The notes: a model not told the origin generated them from the letters alone. 64,000 bases of DNA from Amoebidium appalachense (GCA_963693365.1 CAVNZM010000008.1:5356310-5420309), one strand, 5' to 3'; counted from the stretch's first letter, positions 10,909 to 39,413 are shown. A program made the numbers and translations.

Positions 10909-12833
10909 GTAAATAAATATAGCACCGCTGCTGCAGCCATATGTTGCCAGTGTGTCTGGGTTATATACCCACTGTAAATAAACTTAGACTATACTGTTAT
11001 TGTTAAACTGGTGCTCCTTACGTTGGCAAAGCTGTGAAGCATTGTTACCTGCAGTGCGAACACTGCTGAGAAATCTCGAATCTCGAAATTTTACAACCTT
11101 TTTCCCCCCAAGAACTACTACCACCCACCCTGCACACGAGTCAAGTATGCCTGTTTTCTTTTCTGTGAAGCTTCACTAATTACTTATCATGCTTGTTGGG
11201 TGAACGGACTTTGTGTTCCTTGACACGAATACTCCTACATAAAGCCAACCCACGGCCTGAGGTGTTTTGTTCTGGAAGAAAATTTCTCTCTTCCTCCCTC
11301 CCCTTTACCCTGCCCTTCGCCTTCATTGCCCCACCCTTTCTCGTGCTCCACAATTAACCTAGAACAAGAGCAGTAGGCTGAAAGTGTGAAATAGTTCACG
11401 AGCGGCATATAAGCGTGACCACCCGTCTTACTCGTGCGCTCGAACGATGCTGGCGAGAGCGAATATACCCGACATTCGAAGGCATCGGGCGTTGCCATTT
11501 TCTGCTTCTGTAGCATACTTGTGTACCGGTTGTGGCGCTTTGAAGCCTGCTATATACACAAAGAACCGGTACCACCGTGTAACGGCCACAGTGCAGTGCA
11601 GGCAACAACATAGTTCGTGTAATGTAAGCTACACCTTGAAAACTAATATAGGCCGCCACACACAAGACGTTAATGTGGATCCGAATCCACTCGTGGACTT
11701 GGCTCAAACTCTAGGTTCGATGTGCACATTGTAGCACGTAGTGCACAATGGTTTTCCAGACCGATGCTACATGTGCACCGGCACCATCAGGTGGAGACAC
11801 AGCAAATAGTAGCCTGTTTCAGCAACGGCTTCCACGCAGGTAGCTACACCACCAAAACCCATGTGCATCTAGTAGCGACGGATATCGATGTTTTTGGTTT
11901 GCACATGCACACATCATGTGTGACAGTTTCCAGTCAAAACCACACACAGGAGGGGTTCACAAACATTGTGATCGATATCACAGACAATAACTGGCAGGTC
12001 TCACTGTGATTGTGCACGTGGCACGACGTGCAGGTGTACAGACACGAGGAAGTACACCACGCATCTGCACGCATGACCAAGGAGGAAGAAGGGAAAGGGA
12101 GGGGAGGGGAGAGGAGGAGGGGGGGGAGGGAAGGCGGGCAAGAGGAGAGGAGGGTGGGGAACCGGGGAGCTCAAGGGGGGGCCCGGAGGTAGGGGGAGGG
12201 AAGGGGGGATGTTCACGGAGATCCCACTTTCACATCGCTTGCCATATATCTATCCCCCCCCCCCCCCCCCCGCCCCCCCCCCCTCCCCACCCCCCCGGGT
12301 CCCAACACACCCATCCACGCACACGCACACGCACACGCACAAGCACACGCACACGCACAGTGTGTGTCACGCACACGCACACGCACACGCACAAGCACAC
12401 CCACACCCACACCCACACCCACATACACCCCCCCCCCCCCCCCCCCCACCCACCCACCCACCCACCCACACATACACCCACACACACACACGTGCGCGCG
12501 CATGCGGCTCACGCGTGCACCCACACACACACGGCATATGCAAAGACACTGTATATGATACACACACATGCAGGCACTTTACCGCGCTCGCCTTCTCCCA
12601 TGTGTCGTCTTGCTTCGCCTTCGGCACGATCCAGTTCCCACTCCTCGACTCTCCTTCTGCCCACCATGGTTCCTCCTAACCATATCAAACTAGTATCATC
12701 CCCCTTCCTCCCCCCCCCTCCCCCCCCCCCCCCCCCCCTCCTCCCCCCCTCCCATCCCCCCAGCTCTTCTTCCCGTTCCCTCCCGCCGTATTGAATCCCT
12801 CTGCCTCCTCCCCCAGAATCTGTGCTCCCCCCC

Positions 12834-12896
<63 letters not shown>

Positions 12897-12920
12897 TCAC
12901 ACACACGCATACATCTAGCT

Positions 12921-13032
<112 letters not shown>

Positions 13033-13479
13033 TCCCTCTCCCTTTCCCCTCCCTCCGTAACTCACCCCCTTCATGCCGGTTTGATCTTCAGGTGTGTTCT
13101 ATGCAGTTATGGGTAACCCGTCTGCATATACACGTTCATTTTATATTTATATTCAGTCGACTGGACAGCATGCATAACCCAGTTTTATAACTAACATTTA
13201 GTCTGGACAGTATCTTAGTTTATGGGCATCAAGACATTGCCAATGGATAGAAAAATGTTGTTACTAGTATCACTACACGCAATCGATAGTCAGCTGAGAG
13301 AAAGAAGGGCATGGGGATGAGGGTGAGGTATTAATATATAATTGTGTAGGCAAGGGAATGGGATTACTGGTATCTGTTTGTTTCATTTTAGTGTGCATGG
13401 AGGGAAGAGAGGGGGGGAGGGGGAGCCAGGGGGGGATTATGGGAAGGGGGGGGGGGGGGGGGGGGGGGGGAGGGGGGGG

Positions 13480-13925
13480 TCTAAATATTTTCTTGGACCC
13501 ATGTAAAAAAGGTATTAACAGCTGACACCACAGGGTGGACTCCTGCCGACCTGGTTCCAACTGTTTGCACACTCCAACAGCAAACCCTTTGCTGGTTCTA
13601 AGCTGGTGTGTGTGCCTTCCACGTGTACTGTCTCTTCCCTCGTGTCTCCTCTATATCTGCAAAACTCTAATAAATATACCCCCCCCCCCCCCCTCCCCCC
13701 AGAGACACCATGTACCCCCTCTCCCTCTTTACCCGCCACCACCCCTTCTTCCACTTTGCTTCTCGACCTAATCTTCCCTTTATCTGCATTTACTGCTACT
13801 TAGCAAGCTCAACAGTGTTTGGACATCGATTCGTTTGTGCAAACTATGTTCCTAGATTATGTTCTTGCTTATAGGCAGTACATCGATCGTTTTTGGTCCA
13901 TAACCTGCCAAGGGCCTGGGGGCTA

Positions 13926-13957
<32 letters not shown>

Positions 13958-14060
13958 CCCCCCCCCAACACACACGCACACACACACACGGACACACCAC
14001 CCCACACCACCCAGCCACTAATCCACCCATCTACCCCCCCCTCCCCCCCCCTCTCCCCCC

Positions 14061-14099
<39 letters not shown>

Positions 14100-14161
14100 G
14101 CACACATGCACACACGCACATACAGACCCTGGCACACACACACACACGCACACACACACAT

Positions 14162-14195
<34 letters not shown>

Positions 14196-14547
14196 ACTCC
14201 CTCTCCTCTCTCTCTTTCGCGCCTTCCTCCCCCTCCCCCTCTCCCCCCCCCCCCCCCCGGGGGGGGGGGGGGTGGGGGGTGGGGGGTGGGGGGGGGGGGG
14301 GGGGGATGGGGAACGGGAGGATTTGTTTTGCAGTGGTGGTGGTGGTGGTGTGTGTGTGTGTGGAAGAGAGGGGGGGAGTGGGGAGGGGGGGGAGGGGAAG
14401 GGGGGGTCATAAGCAATTTGTTGCACCATGGAAAAAAGTTTTGGACACCTTACACCACAGGGTGGACCCCTGCCGGCCTGGTTTTAACTGTTCGCACGAC
14501 ACAAGTTGGGTCAGAATGGTGTGTTTTCCTTTCGCTACATACTGTCT

Positions 14548-14603
<56 letters not shown>

Positions 14604-14710
14604 AAAAAAAAAAAGAAAAGAAAGAAAGAAAGAAAAATCACACCCACCCACCCGCCCAACAACCCACCCTCACACACCCACACCCACACACACACGCACA
14701 CGCACACGCG

Positions 14711-14765
<55 letters not shown>

Positions 14766-14806
14766 TCACACACTCACACACTCACTCACACACACTCACA
14801 CACATA

Positions 14807-14884
<78 letters not shown>

Positions 14885-15430
14885 TCTCTTTCCTTCCCAG
14901 CCACCACCCCTTTGCCCTCTTTGCTTCTCGGACTAGTTCCCTCCCTCCCTCCGTTTCTCTCCCACGTCAGCCGTTTTGACCTTCGACCACGCTCATGGGC
15001 ATATCTAAGAGTACAGGAAACACTGTTTGTTTTTTTTCGCGTCAGCGTTCTTAGAAAATGGAAGTGGGGGAAAGGGAGGGTTGGGAGGGGGGAAGAAGGG
15101 TGGGAGGTTAAATGGTTTTGCTGGTCATGGTGGTGGTGTGTGTGTGTTCGTGTTTAGTGTGTGTATGTGTGTGTGTGTGTGTCTGTTTGTGTGTGTGTAT
15201 TTGGGGGGGGGGGGGAGGGGGGGAGAAGGGGGGGGGGGGGGGGGGGGGGGGAGGGGGGGGGGGGAGAAGGGGGAGGGGGGGGGAGGGGGGAGGGATCATA
15301 AGTATTCTGTTGCACCCATGGCAAAAAGGTGTTGACACCTGACACCACAGGGTGGACCCCTGCCTGCCTGGTGTCAACTGTTTGTACGCTACAGCAGCAA
15401 ACCCTTTGCTGGTACTAAGATGTTGCTCCC
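13480..15430. repeat. Three diverged copies of a ~130-bp module at ~900-bp spacing, separated by poly-C/G and (CA)n tracts
   Basis: The core caccacagggtggacYcctgccNNcctgg..aactgtt occurs at about 13527, 14453 and 15343, each preceded by a ccatg.aaaaa.g motif. Confidence 0.8.
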
Positions 15431-16363
15431 CCCCCTCCCCCCTCCCCTCACCCCCCACCCCCTCCCTTCGGGGGCCCCCTGATGATGGGCCCTATTAATT
15501 TCCATACTGCGCACGTTGGTGGTGTTGCCATTTGAATGTTTGCGTTCGCCTGTGTCCTGCACCGTGTTTCCCATCGTTTAGTTGTACTTCATACCATGTT
15601 CCGTATCCTCCCCCCCCCCTCCCCCGGGGGCTCCCCGACACCCCCTTTTCTTTCCTGCGATCATTCCTGTTTCTCTTCTTTCCTTCTCGACTTAGTCTTC
15701 CTATGCATTTATCGGTTACTTCATTCATGAATGAAAAAGCCCATTTTCTGTGGAAATCTACTCTTTTCGTAGTGTTTTTCCAGACTATCTGCCTTCATTA
15801 ACGTAGGCTCTGTACCGATTGAACTTTATTCGATATACCCCCTTCCCCCTCCCCCCCCCCCCCTTCTCCCCTCCCCCCACCCTCCCCTCCATCCCTCCCC
15901 CCTCCCTCCTAAAGATGGGCTCTGCTTATTATGCACACTCTTTATGTGTGGTTGCACTCGGCAGTGTTGTCGGTTGTGAATATGTACACCGTACTTTATG
16001 ACGTATGCAACCCCCCCCCTCCCCCCTCCCCCCTCCCCCCGGGGGCCCACACCCACCCATCCGCCCACCCACCCACCCACCCACACACACACATTAGCAC
16101 ACACTGTCCCACGCTGCCCACCTGCACACACACATGCTCGCACAAACACACACGTGCTAGGTAAATGCCCAAATCGATGGTGTTTGCCTTTTTTATATCC
16201 ATTTTACCCTCAGCAAGAGGGAGGGAGGGGGAGAGGGGGGAGGGCGGGAGGGATTTCCGCCTTTGCTTCCCGTCTTCCTCTAACGTCCTACTCTGGCCAT
16301 TTCTTACTACACACACACACACATAAATGGTGAGCGGTGTGCGCGCACGCACGCGCACAACCA

Positions 16364-16430
<67 letters not shown>

Positions 16431-16757
16431 ACACGCACACGGGAACGCACACATCAGGCACCCGATCGCACATAGCATATAAAGACACGCAGATATACAC
16501 TCACCTATGTTTATGCGCGGCTTGCAACAGGCAGGCAATGCAAGCAACGAAACCAGCCAGGGGGCTAACTGCTACATTTGACCTTTGTACGTACACTCAT
16601 GCACCGTGCAAGTGACACACATTCAGCTGTAAGGATGCCGTAACACTGGGACCCTTAGGAACGTCGATTTTTGCACACTTTCTTTGTTTGGGTGTTCCAA
16701 TTGAACTGTTCTTGATGTAAACCAATTATTATAGGAATGGAACTTTTTTGCCCCCCC

Positions 16758-16810
<53 letters not shown>

Positions 16811-17210
16811 GGGGGGGGGGGGGGGGGAGGGCATCCCTTCACTCTTCTAGTGTCAACATACAAAGTGTGACATTATGCCACATATAACAATATAGTGTGT
16901 TACCTTTTTATGCTTCACATAATTTTTGTGTGAGGCAATATTTCTAAAATGTAATTACAAAAGCGCATGTCAGTGGGTGCTGGCTGTGGCAGAATGTAAA
17001 AACAATACTACATGTACTCTAGCTGTGTTGAAAAGACATAAGCGTTGTCTTGTTCGACAACATGGTGAATAAACTGCTGGAGGCAAAGCCCTCCGATGCT
17101 GTACACTGATCACTCTACAATCATCATGACTCAATGGTGCATGCTTGTCACAAAGAGGAAACATTTAATGGGCTGTGCATATTTCATACTGTATGCCTCT
17201 CGGAAGAGAG

Positions 17211-18052
17211 CTACTTGTTAGTATGTAAGCGACGTCCATGTACAGCTCCAGTCTCTCCTTCGAAAGCTCGCCATCGAGTGCATGTGATGCCTTCTGAGAC
17301 CATGTCAAACAAATTGCGCATGCAAGACTTCAGGCTTGAGAAACACGAGCTCTTAGCATGGCGATTGGTTGCTTTTATTGGATCAGTTTTCCGTGTTTGC
17401 AGCCTTTTTTTCCTGACACGTCCAGTGGAGAGTCCAGGGGTTGTGAACAACGTGACTGTGCTGTGCCTGTAAGTGTGCGTGTGCGTGTGCCCACGTGTGC
17501 GTGCGTGTGCGTGTGCACGCGCTTGCGCGTGTTTCTGTGTTTTGTGTGTATGTGTATGTTCTTTATGTGTGCGCCACGGGTGTTTGGGTGTGGGCAGCTA
17601 CCGGTGTGTGTGCGTTTGTTTGAGTCGTGTGTCACAGTGCTGGTCTGTGTGTGTGGGTGTGTGCGTTTGTGCTGTGTGCCTGTGCACGTGTCACTGTGTG
17701 TAGATGTGACACAGCGTGTGTATAGGTGTCTATCCCCGAGTCCCAGCTACATGTTTCTGTGTGAGCGCATACAAGCGTGTGTTTGTATAAATATGTGGGT
17801 GTAGCTGTACATGTGCATGCTTGTGGATGCGTGCAGGTGTACGGGCGCGTGTGTGGCGCGTGCGCCACGTGCGTGCGTGCGTGCGCGCGTGCGCGCACGT
17901 GTGTGTGTGCGCGCGCGAGTGTGTATATGCGGGTGTGTACGTGTGTACTTATACGCGCGCGCGCACGTGTGTGTATGAGCATTTGAGTGTGTGTGGATTC
18001 TTGCCGACACCGTGGTGTAAGGGTGGGGATGCTGGTAGCTCTCTGGCGCGGC
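17211..18052 (-). other. Possible exons of a poorly conserved spliced minus-strand transcript
   Basis: Putative exons at about 18052-18011 and 17467-17211 splice in frame (RPRQRATSIPTLTPR|HSTVTLFTTPG...). The second acceptor follows a (CA)-rich tract like the true acceptors here. No recognisable domain and no start exon found. Confidence 0.2.
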
Positions 18053-18427
18053 CTACTTAAAAGACGTGCATGTGTGTACACTTGTGTTCAGAAAGAGGTC
18101 GTAAGGGTGAAGAGGGCGAGGCACCCAAAGGGGGCAAGGGGGAGGTGGGGGGGAGGGGGGGGGGACGGCAGGGGGAGGAGGAGGAGGAGGAGGTGGTGGT
18201 GGTGGTGGTGGTGGTTAGGGGGGGGGGGGGGGGGGGGGGGGTGGGGTGTATAGAGGGGGGGGGGGGGGGGGGGAGGGGTGAGTGTGTGGGCCCCCGGGGG
18301 AGGGGGAGGGAGGGGGCGGGGGCGCAAGGCACCTAACGATGTGAGCAACAGGCAAGCCTCACTTTAAGCCTTCTCAGACCCCAGGGGGTGTTAGAGAGAG
18401 CGGGGCCTTCCGGCGCGGGGTCCGGAA

Positions 18428-18460
<33 letters not shown>

Positions 18461-18644
18461 AGGGGGGGGGGGGGGGGGGGGAAGGGGATGTAACAAAGGG
18501 CTGATAGAAGTAGCTTATATGCTCACTTATGTCAGCCGCTCAACCTCTGCATTCTTCCTGACTCTTGCCGAAGCCTTGGTGACATGTTGGTGTTGGGAGG
18601 TGCCAGTGGGGTTTACGCTGTTGACGCGAGGTGTGCGGGGAACT

Positions 18645-18714
18645 TTTCGCGCCAAAACCACTTACCACCAATCACTTCTTACTTGTGACGTCACTTCTCA
18701 GATAGTGACGAACC

Positions 18715-18715
<1 letters not shown>
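18645..18715. promoter_or_regulatory. Promoter-like segment with CCAAT and a CRE palindrome TGACGTCA
   Basis: ccaat at about 18668 and gtgacgtcac at 18685-18694, roughly 580 bp upstream of the LRR gene ATG. Confidence 0.3.
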
Positions 18716-18788
<73 letters not shown>

Positions 18789-19271
18789 ACCCCACCCGGG
18801 GGCCCCCCCCCCCACCCAAAAAAAAAAAAAAAAAAAGAGACACGATACCGCGCCTCAGTTGCTTTCAGCAAGAACACGCAAAACAAACTCCCTTTTTTCA
18901 GCGTCCCGGGACTCATCAAAAAAAAAAAAAAAAAAAAAAAAGCCACTGTCATCATGGGCGCCGGCAAGTCGTTTTTCACTTTCTTCTTAACCCCCCGGGG
19001 CCAGGACACACCACAATTTATACTGTACGAGTCAGTTTGTGTTTTCTGCCACTCCCCCAGTGACCCTAACGGAGTTCCACATTTTCTCTTCTACACAACT
19101 GCAAAAAAAAACTTGGTCCTTTGAGAGGAGTCAGTATAGCGCCCGGAACTGTGAGGGAGGAGAACGAAACTGAAAAACGTGGCGTAGCGCATTGTTATAT
19201 CTTTTTGCTTTAGAGTGCAGCAGCAGGAATTTTTGTAGCGAGCACTCACCACCGTTTAGTGAAGGAAACAG

Positions 19272-20164
19272 ATGTCGAGGTCAACCGAGCCAGAGCTGCC
19301 TGCTATGCTGCCACAAGATGAGCAGAAAGGTGAGTTACCATGACTCATACACAGGTCTGATTTCTGAACTTTTTTTTTTGGGCTTTGTATGCTACTGAGC
19401 TTTTTTTACGGTTCGTTAACAAGATTCCTGACGGGTGGTGATTTGTGGGTTATTCTTTCCCTCCCTCCCTCCTTACCTCTCCCCTCCCTCTAACCCCCCT
19501 CCCCCCTCCCCCCTCCCCCCCTTCCCCCCGGTTGCCCTTCTCCCTCGACGACATCCCTTCCGTCTCCCTCTTTCCCTCCACTCTCTCTCCCTCCCTACAT
19601 CTATGCCCCACCCCCCGCCCCTTCCCACCCCCGCCTCTGCTCTGTCCTTCCTGCCAGCATTCCCTCTCTTGTCTGCATTCCCTCACTCCCTCCCTCCCAC
19701 CCTCCCTTTATTGCTCCCGCCATCCCCCCGTCCCCCCCCCCCCCCCCCCCCCTCCCTCCCTCCCTCTCTCTCTCTCTCCCCCCCCCCCCCCCCCCCCCCC
19801 CCCCCCATTTTTCTCTTCTCCTGGTCTACCTGCCGGTACCACTCTCTCCCTCTTTCCTTTCAGCCCCACATGGCTGTACCCTTCTCCCTGATTTTTGGTT
19901 ACATGGCCACTTCTACTACTTAGGAGAGACACCCACTATATTGATATCGTTAGGTGCCGTATTCGTTGCAAGTATATGGGCATAATTCGTACTTATTTTC
20001 CTATTTTATACAATAGTATGTGTTTCCAAAGAAGAAGTAAACGATCTGACGGTAACCGTATCGTTGCACTTCGAAAAAAAGAAAAAAAACCGAAGGCTAT
20101 TGTATATGCTCACCAATACTTCACATCTCCCCCCCCCCCCCCCCCCACCACCACCACCACCACC

Positions 20165-20200
<36 letters not shown>

Positions 20201-20221
20201 ACCAATGCACGCACGCACGCA

Positions 20222-20276
<55 letters not shown>

Positions 20277-21894
20277 CACACACACACACACACCTGCCTT
20301 TCCGACAGCGTGTCCACTCTCCGTTCTGCCCCCTGGGGTTCTTGAGTCCATCATTCGTGCGCTACCCCACTCCGACCGTCTAACCGTCACCCTCGTTTGC
20401 AAACAAGTCGACCACCTCGCACGTTCCCCTGGGGCGGGCCTCGTTTCTTTTTCCTACGCACCAGGTGATGCTTGCAAACACGAAGATTTCTTACCCTTTG
20501 TCAGATTTTTGCGTCGGTGGGGCCGCATTGTTGGCCATGTGACGATGGATATGCGAAAATGGTCGGAGAGGGGGTTCGAAGTCCAGTGCATGCCGTGGGC
20601 CAGCACGGTGCAGATGCTCTGCTCGCTGCAACGCCTCGTAGACATCACCTGGATTAGTGGATTTGGGGAACAAAACAGAGGCGAACAGGCACTCTTTCAA
20701 GCGTTGTTGGAGAGTATGGGCTCCCGTGTTAGGAAGATTGAAACGAGAAATCCAGGCATGAGAATAACGCCTATCCATCGTTTCTTTGTGCGGAGCATAT
20801 GGGAGCATTGTACGGCACTCAAGCGCATGGCAGCCTACGAGATGAAAATCCCGTCCGCTGATGGGTACAATATAAAGCACGTGACAAGCGTAGATTTGGT
20901 GAATTGCACTATTGACATGCCGGGTGCTTTGAACCTTTTGATGGAGACGGCAGGCGACTAACCACTTTCGTGTGTTCGTCTCTTTTCGTCCCACCACACG
21001 TGTCCCCCATTACTTCTGTCAGGGCGTTGAGTGTCAGTCTCGGGCGTAACCTGCAAGTCTTAACCCTCCAATTACACTGCCGGGACGTCAGTTTTGATCT
21101 TTCCTCCATGGGCAGCTGCCCGCACCTCGAGAAACTGCGATTCACAGAATTCAACCGTATTTGTCTCCCTCCCGCGCAGAAGTTGTGGAGTGTCCATGTT
21201 GATGCGAATAGCGCAAATATTTCCAATCTGTCCGTGTGTACCGCATTGTGTGCAGGTTAGTATTCGTGAAGATGTGGATGTTCCAATAGTTAATCTTCAA
21301 TGCACAACGCTAGCATGTGCAGATCTCGCGATCCCCACACAGCAGCTAGACACGCTCTTAGGTCTAGAAAAAAGTGCGGCATCACTGGAATACTTTCGGA
21401 TACAGTCGGAAGGAATGGATTCAAGTTGGGCCCGATTCGGCAACGTTGTTGCGCACCCTACAGCACTGAGAATCCTAGATGTCTACGGTATAGAGACCAG
21501 TCCTTTAAGCCTGGACGTCTCATCACACCCACACCTCATAGGTGTCAATTTCTGGAATTTACCGCAGCTCCGGTCAGTCGGGCCCGGTCTGGCTGTAAAC
21601 ACGTCATTGACAGATGTCACCGCCTTAGGTTGCCCATCCCTTAGCGACATCTCCGCACTCTCCGTCTGCACCAACCTTACCAATTTGTACTTGGTCGATA
21701 CACCCAGCGTGACCAGCGTGGAATGCATGGCTGGGCACCCCTCTCTCATTTCAATTGCCAACTATAATCCAATGATCGATCTTCTGCCGCTCGTCTCGTG
21801 CCCTTGCCTACATCCCCTGTACATATTCCCAGATCCGGAAGAGAGTGACAATCCACTTGAAAACATAGCACTTCTCATATCATTAATCAAAAAG
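19272..21894 (+). pseudogene. Leucine-rich-repeat protein gene with two frameshifts (pseudogene or assembly errors); 3' end uncertain
   Basis: Exon 1, 19272-19329 (MSRSTEPELPAMLPQDEQK, donor gtgagt), joins the exon starting 20465 in phase. LRR-like units: LSSMGSCPHLEKLRF, ISNLSVCTAL, LSDISALSVCTNLTNLYL, LLPLVSCPCLHPLYI. The frame changes at about 20955 and 21249. Donor gtagcc at 21895. Confidence 0.65.
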
Positions 21895-21898
21895 GTAG

Positions 21899-21933
<35 letters not shown>

Positions 21934-22921
21934 CCCCGCTCTTCGTACACATACATTCGGCAACTTGCACATCGGCACACGCGTACACACCGTGTGCGCG
22001 CGCGCACATACACATGCACGCACACAGCACACACTAACATATACCTCCCCCCCCCCTCCCCCTCCGTTTTTTTTTTTTTGTTTGTCTTGTGACGTTTTAT
22101 GCATTCTCCCTTCCTTTTTCCCTTTGTTTTTTCTTAAAGCGAAAAGTTTAGGTTTTGGTTTATGGCATTTTGGTGACTCAGTTATGGCATTTTGTCTTTC
22201 GATTTCTCCACCTCCATAATTCCATACATCCAATGGAATACATACACACAACTCTGTGCACCTTCTCCCTCTCTCTGATTCTATTTATTTGCTTGCCTGT
22301 ATCACCTTCCAAACGTTCATCTTCTACTGCTCTAGTCCCAAGCCCTGGTAAAAGCATCAAAACTCGGGTACTGTGGATGACGTGAGCCCCCCCTGAGGAT
22401 GGGCCCTGCTTATGACACACAAACACACAGACACGTTACACACACACACACACCACACACAGGCACACACCTCTGTTCCTGTGCCGGCGAGCAGTGAGGA
22501 ATTGGGCTACTATTGGTTGCCGGCTTCCGTTGCCAATTCGGTCTCTGAGTGTTTACCTCCATTCACCTGATTCCACATAAATTAATGTGAATTTGCCGCT
22601 CCTACAGGGGCATGTTCTTCGAAAGCATTCATGTGCACAAAGTATGTTAGAAAGTACATGTACAGCATCTGAACCTGCGTAGAGAAATCTATGGGTATAC
22701 CTATCTATTGGGCTGGGTTCCCTGCTTTGCTCTTTTTTTCCAGATATCCATGCAGATATGGCACGTGTGTGTGTGCTATAAGTCAATTCAAAATTGCAGC
22801 CTCGTTGACACATACATATAGATGGTAAACACCACGGGCCCCCAATTATTGCTATCATAAGAAATATACAATAAACACGATCGCACACTAATCAATCAGC
22901 ATTCTGCAATCTGCCCTACGT

Positions 22922-22962
<41 letters not shown>

Positions 22963-23562
22963 CACACACTCACACACACACACACACATCCAGGGCCCAA
23001 GCCCCCATACTGTACCCGCTGACGTTTTTCAAACCATCGTGTATCTTACATATACTTTGCCCGTCATACTGTAGGCCCAGGCACATGGCGCACTTTTTTT
23101 CGCGCACATATACGACCGTACAAAGCTTACCCGACTAGCTAGTCCCGATCGTTACACGAGCCGAATTCATGGGTGTTGAGAATTTCATTAAATCAAAATG
23201 GAGTCAATGGCATTTATGCACGAGGGAGTGACTCCTGGTGTAAGCGGACTCAGTATGTTCTGCCTGCCTGCGCATGCATGCTGTATCATAATGGGGTATA
23301 TAAATTTGTGACTGGTGGGATCAGCCGGTGGCCCAGTATATATCATACTCAGTACTGGGATGTGCGCACGTGCTGACGTGTGTGTACGTGTTTTTGAATG
23401 TTGTATGATTCGAATAAGTTGTGTATAATATAGTTGTGAACGGTTTGCAAATATTTAGGGGTGTTTGATACATGTACATGTGTACCACTGTGACATGTGT
23501 TTCACAGTGTGTGTCTGTTTGTCTAGCTGTGTGTGTGTGTGTGTGTGTGTGCGTCTGTATGT

Positions 23563-23609
<47 letters not shown>

Positions 23610-23746
23610 GGGGGGGGGGGGGGAGGGGAGGGGAGGGAGACATCGCTTTGGGTGTACTTGACGCGAGTGTGAGGTGCAATTGGGTGCTTACCATGATCAG
23701 TTGGTGTGTGGGTGTGTGTTGTGCAACAACGTGCATCCCTGTGTGT

Positions 23747-23912
23747 GCATGTGCACATCCATACATACATGCATATCGTTGCATGTGCGTGTGCATTCAA
23801 ACATGCATGTGCACATCCATACATACATGCATGCATATCGTTGCATGTGCGTGTGCATTCAAACATGCATGTGCACATCCATACATACATGCATGCATAT
23901 CGTTGCATGTGC
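23747..23912. repeat. Tandem repeat, ~60-63 bp unit x ~2.7
   Basis: gcatgtgcacatccatacatacatgcat(gcat)atcgttgcatgtgcgtgtgcattcaaacat repeated. Confidence 0.85.
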
Positions 23913-24194
23913 TTGTAGGAGCTCGTGGGAACAGGTTTTCACAGAACAAATCTTATATGTAGGGTTTGTGCAAGTTAATAATTCTAGGGCATTGTCTGTA
24001 CATTGTGCACGATCTGCTGATCGTGACATTTCTAGAACAATACGTGGAAGGCCATGATCATATAGCTCAGGCTGCAACCTGCATCCATGTATGGCGTAAT
24101 ATCGCAACCTCAGCCACCAAACACCACAATATCGAATTGCTTGTCCATGCAACAAACTAGGCCTAGGGTCACTGTCCTTTCGTGCATTTAGAAC

Positions 24195-24243
<49 letters not shown>

Positions 24244-24271
24244 ACACACACACACCACCACCACAACCACC

Positions 24272-24305
<34 letters not shown>

Positions 24306-24459
24306 AGGGTCAGGAGAAGATACGCAAGTTGAAAGCTCTTTGCAGCCAGCTGCAATCTAAGAGTACAAAAAACATAAATAGAACACAGAACCATAAATAG
24401 AACTCCTGCCAACATTACGGCTGCCTTATTCTATACCATAACACCTTTTAAAACTTTAA

Positions 24460-38726
<14,267 letters not shown>

Positions 38727-39413
38727 TTCGACCCCTTAACACGCGGAGCCCCCGCTAAGGAACCTGCACAACAACCCCAAGGCAATCCTATGAACCGAGA
38801 TGTAAAACGTGGCCGCTGCCAGCGTCCCCACACGGCTTTCGATGCAGCGTTGCACAGCTGGCACGTCCCTCTACGTATCGCCCGCTTATGCCAAGCACAT
38901 TCACTCAACACAATGCACGAACACAATAATAATAATAGATTATAGGCGTGATGCACCATAAATATCAGTGACTACCTCAACGCTGCGACTGCAACTTGGG
39001 CGAAACCAGTGCGATCGAACAGGGTGATGTTGGGGTTGTGCGGATTCCAGCAAATGACCCGAAAAGACTGATGTGATGATTTCGGGTCAGACTACCTAGC
39101 TTTTCCTTATCATTTTATGTAAACGAATTAAATTTCATATAAAAGATTCAACGTCATATAACAGCTTTAAACAAATATTTGTAAATGTTAAATGACATAA
39201 AATCAGGATTCATAAGACCCGTTTTCGATCAACCCGAGCCGGTGAGGGCTTTTGCATGTGCCTAAAAAAGCGCGCGCTTTGTGACGCTGAAGTCAATGCT
39301 CAAGTTTTTTCCACGTAAGGCAGTAAGGAGCTTCGAACGGTGTTACAGACAGGATCTCAGAAAGAAAGAATCAATAAATAGTTCGTGGTTGGGGCCAAGC
39401 CCCTTGTGAAAAC
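38727..39413. promoter_or_regulatory. Divergent (bidirectional) promoter region between CWF19L1 and SF1
   Basis: The ATGs at 38726 (-) and 39414 (+) are 687 bp apart. The region lacks microsatellites and contains the 10-bp inverted repeat tgacccgaaa/tttcgggtca at 39055-39089. Confidence 0.7.

Noticed and set aside
23960-24190. Minus-strand MDKQFDIVVFGG resembling a Rossmann-fold start
   Set aside because: A stop codon follows immediately and there is no continuing homology or splice support.
39024-39071. C/D-like motifs (gtgatgt…ctga) in the divergent promoter
   Set aside because: Too short, imperfect box C, and no rRNA guide recognised.
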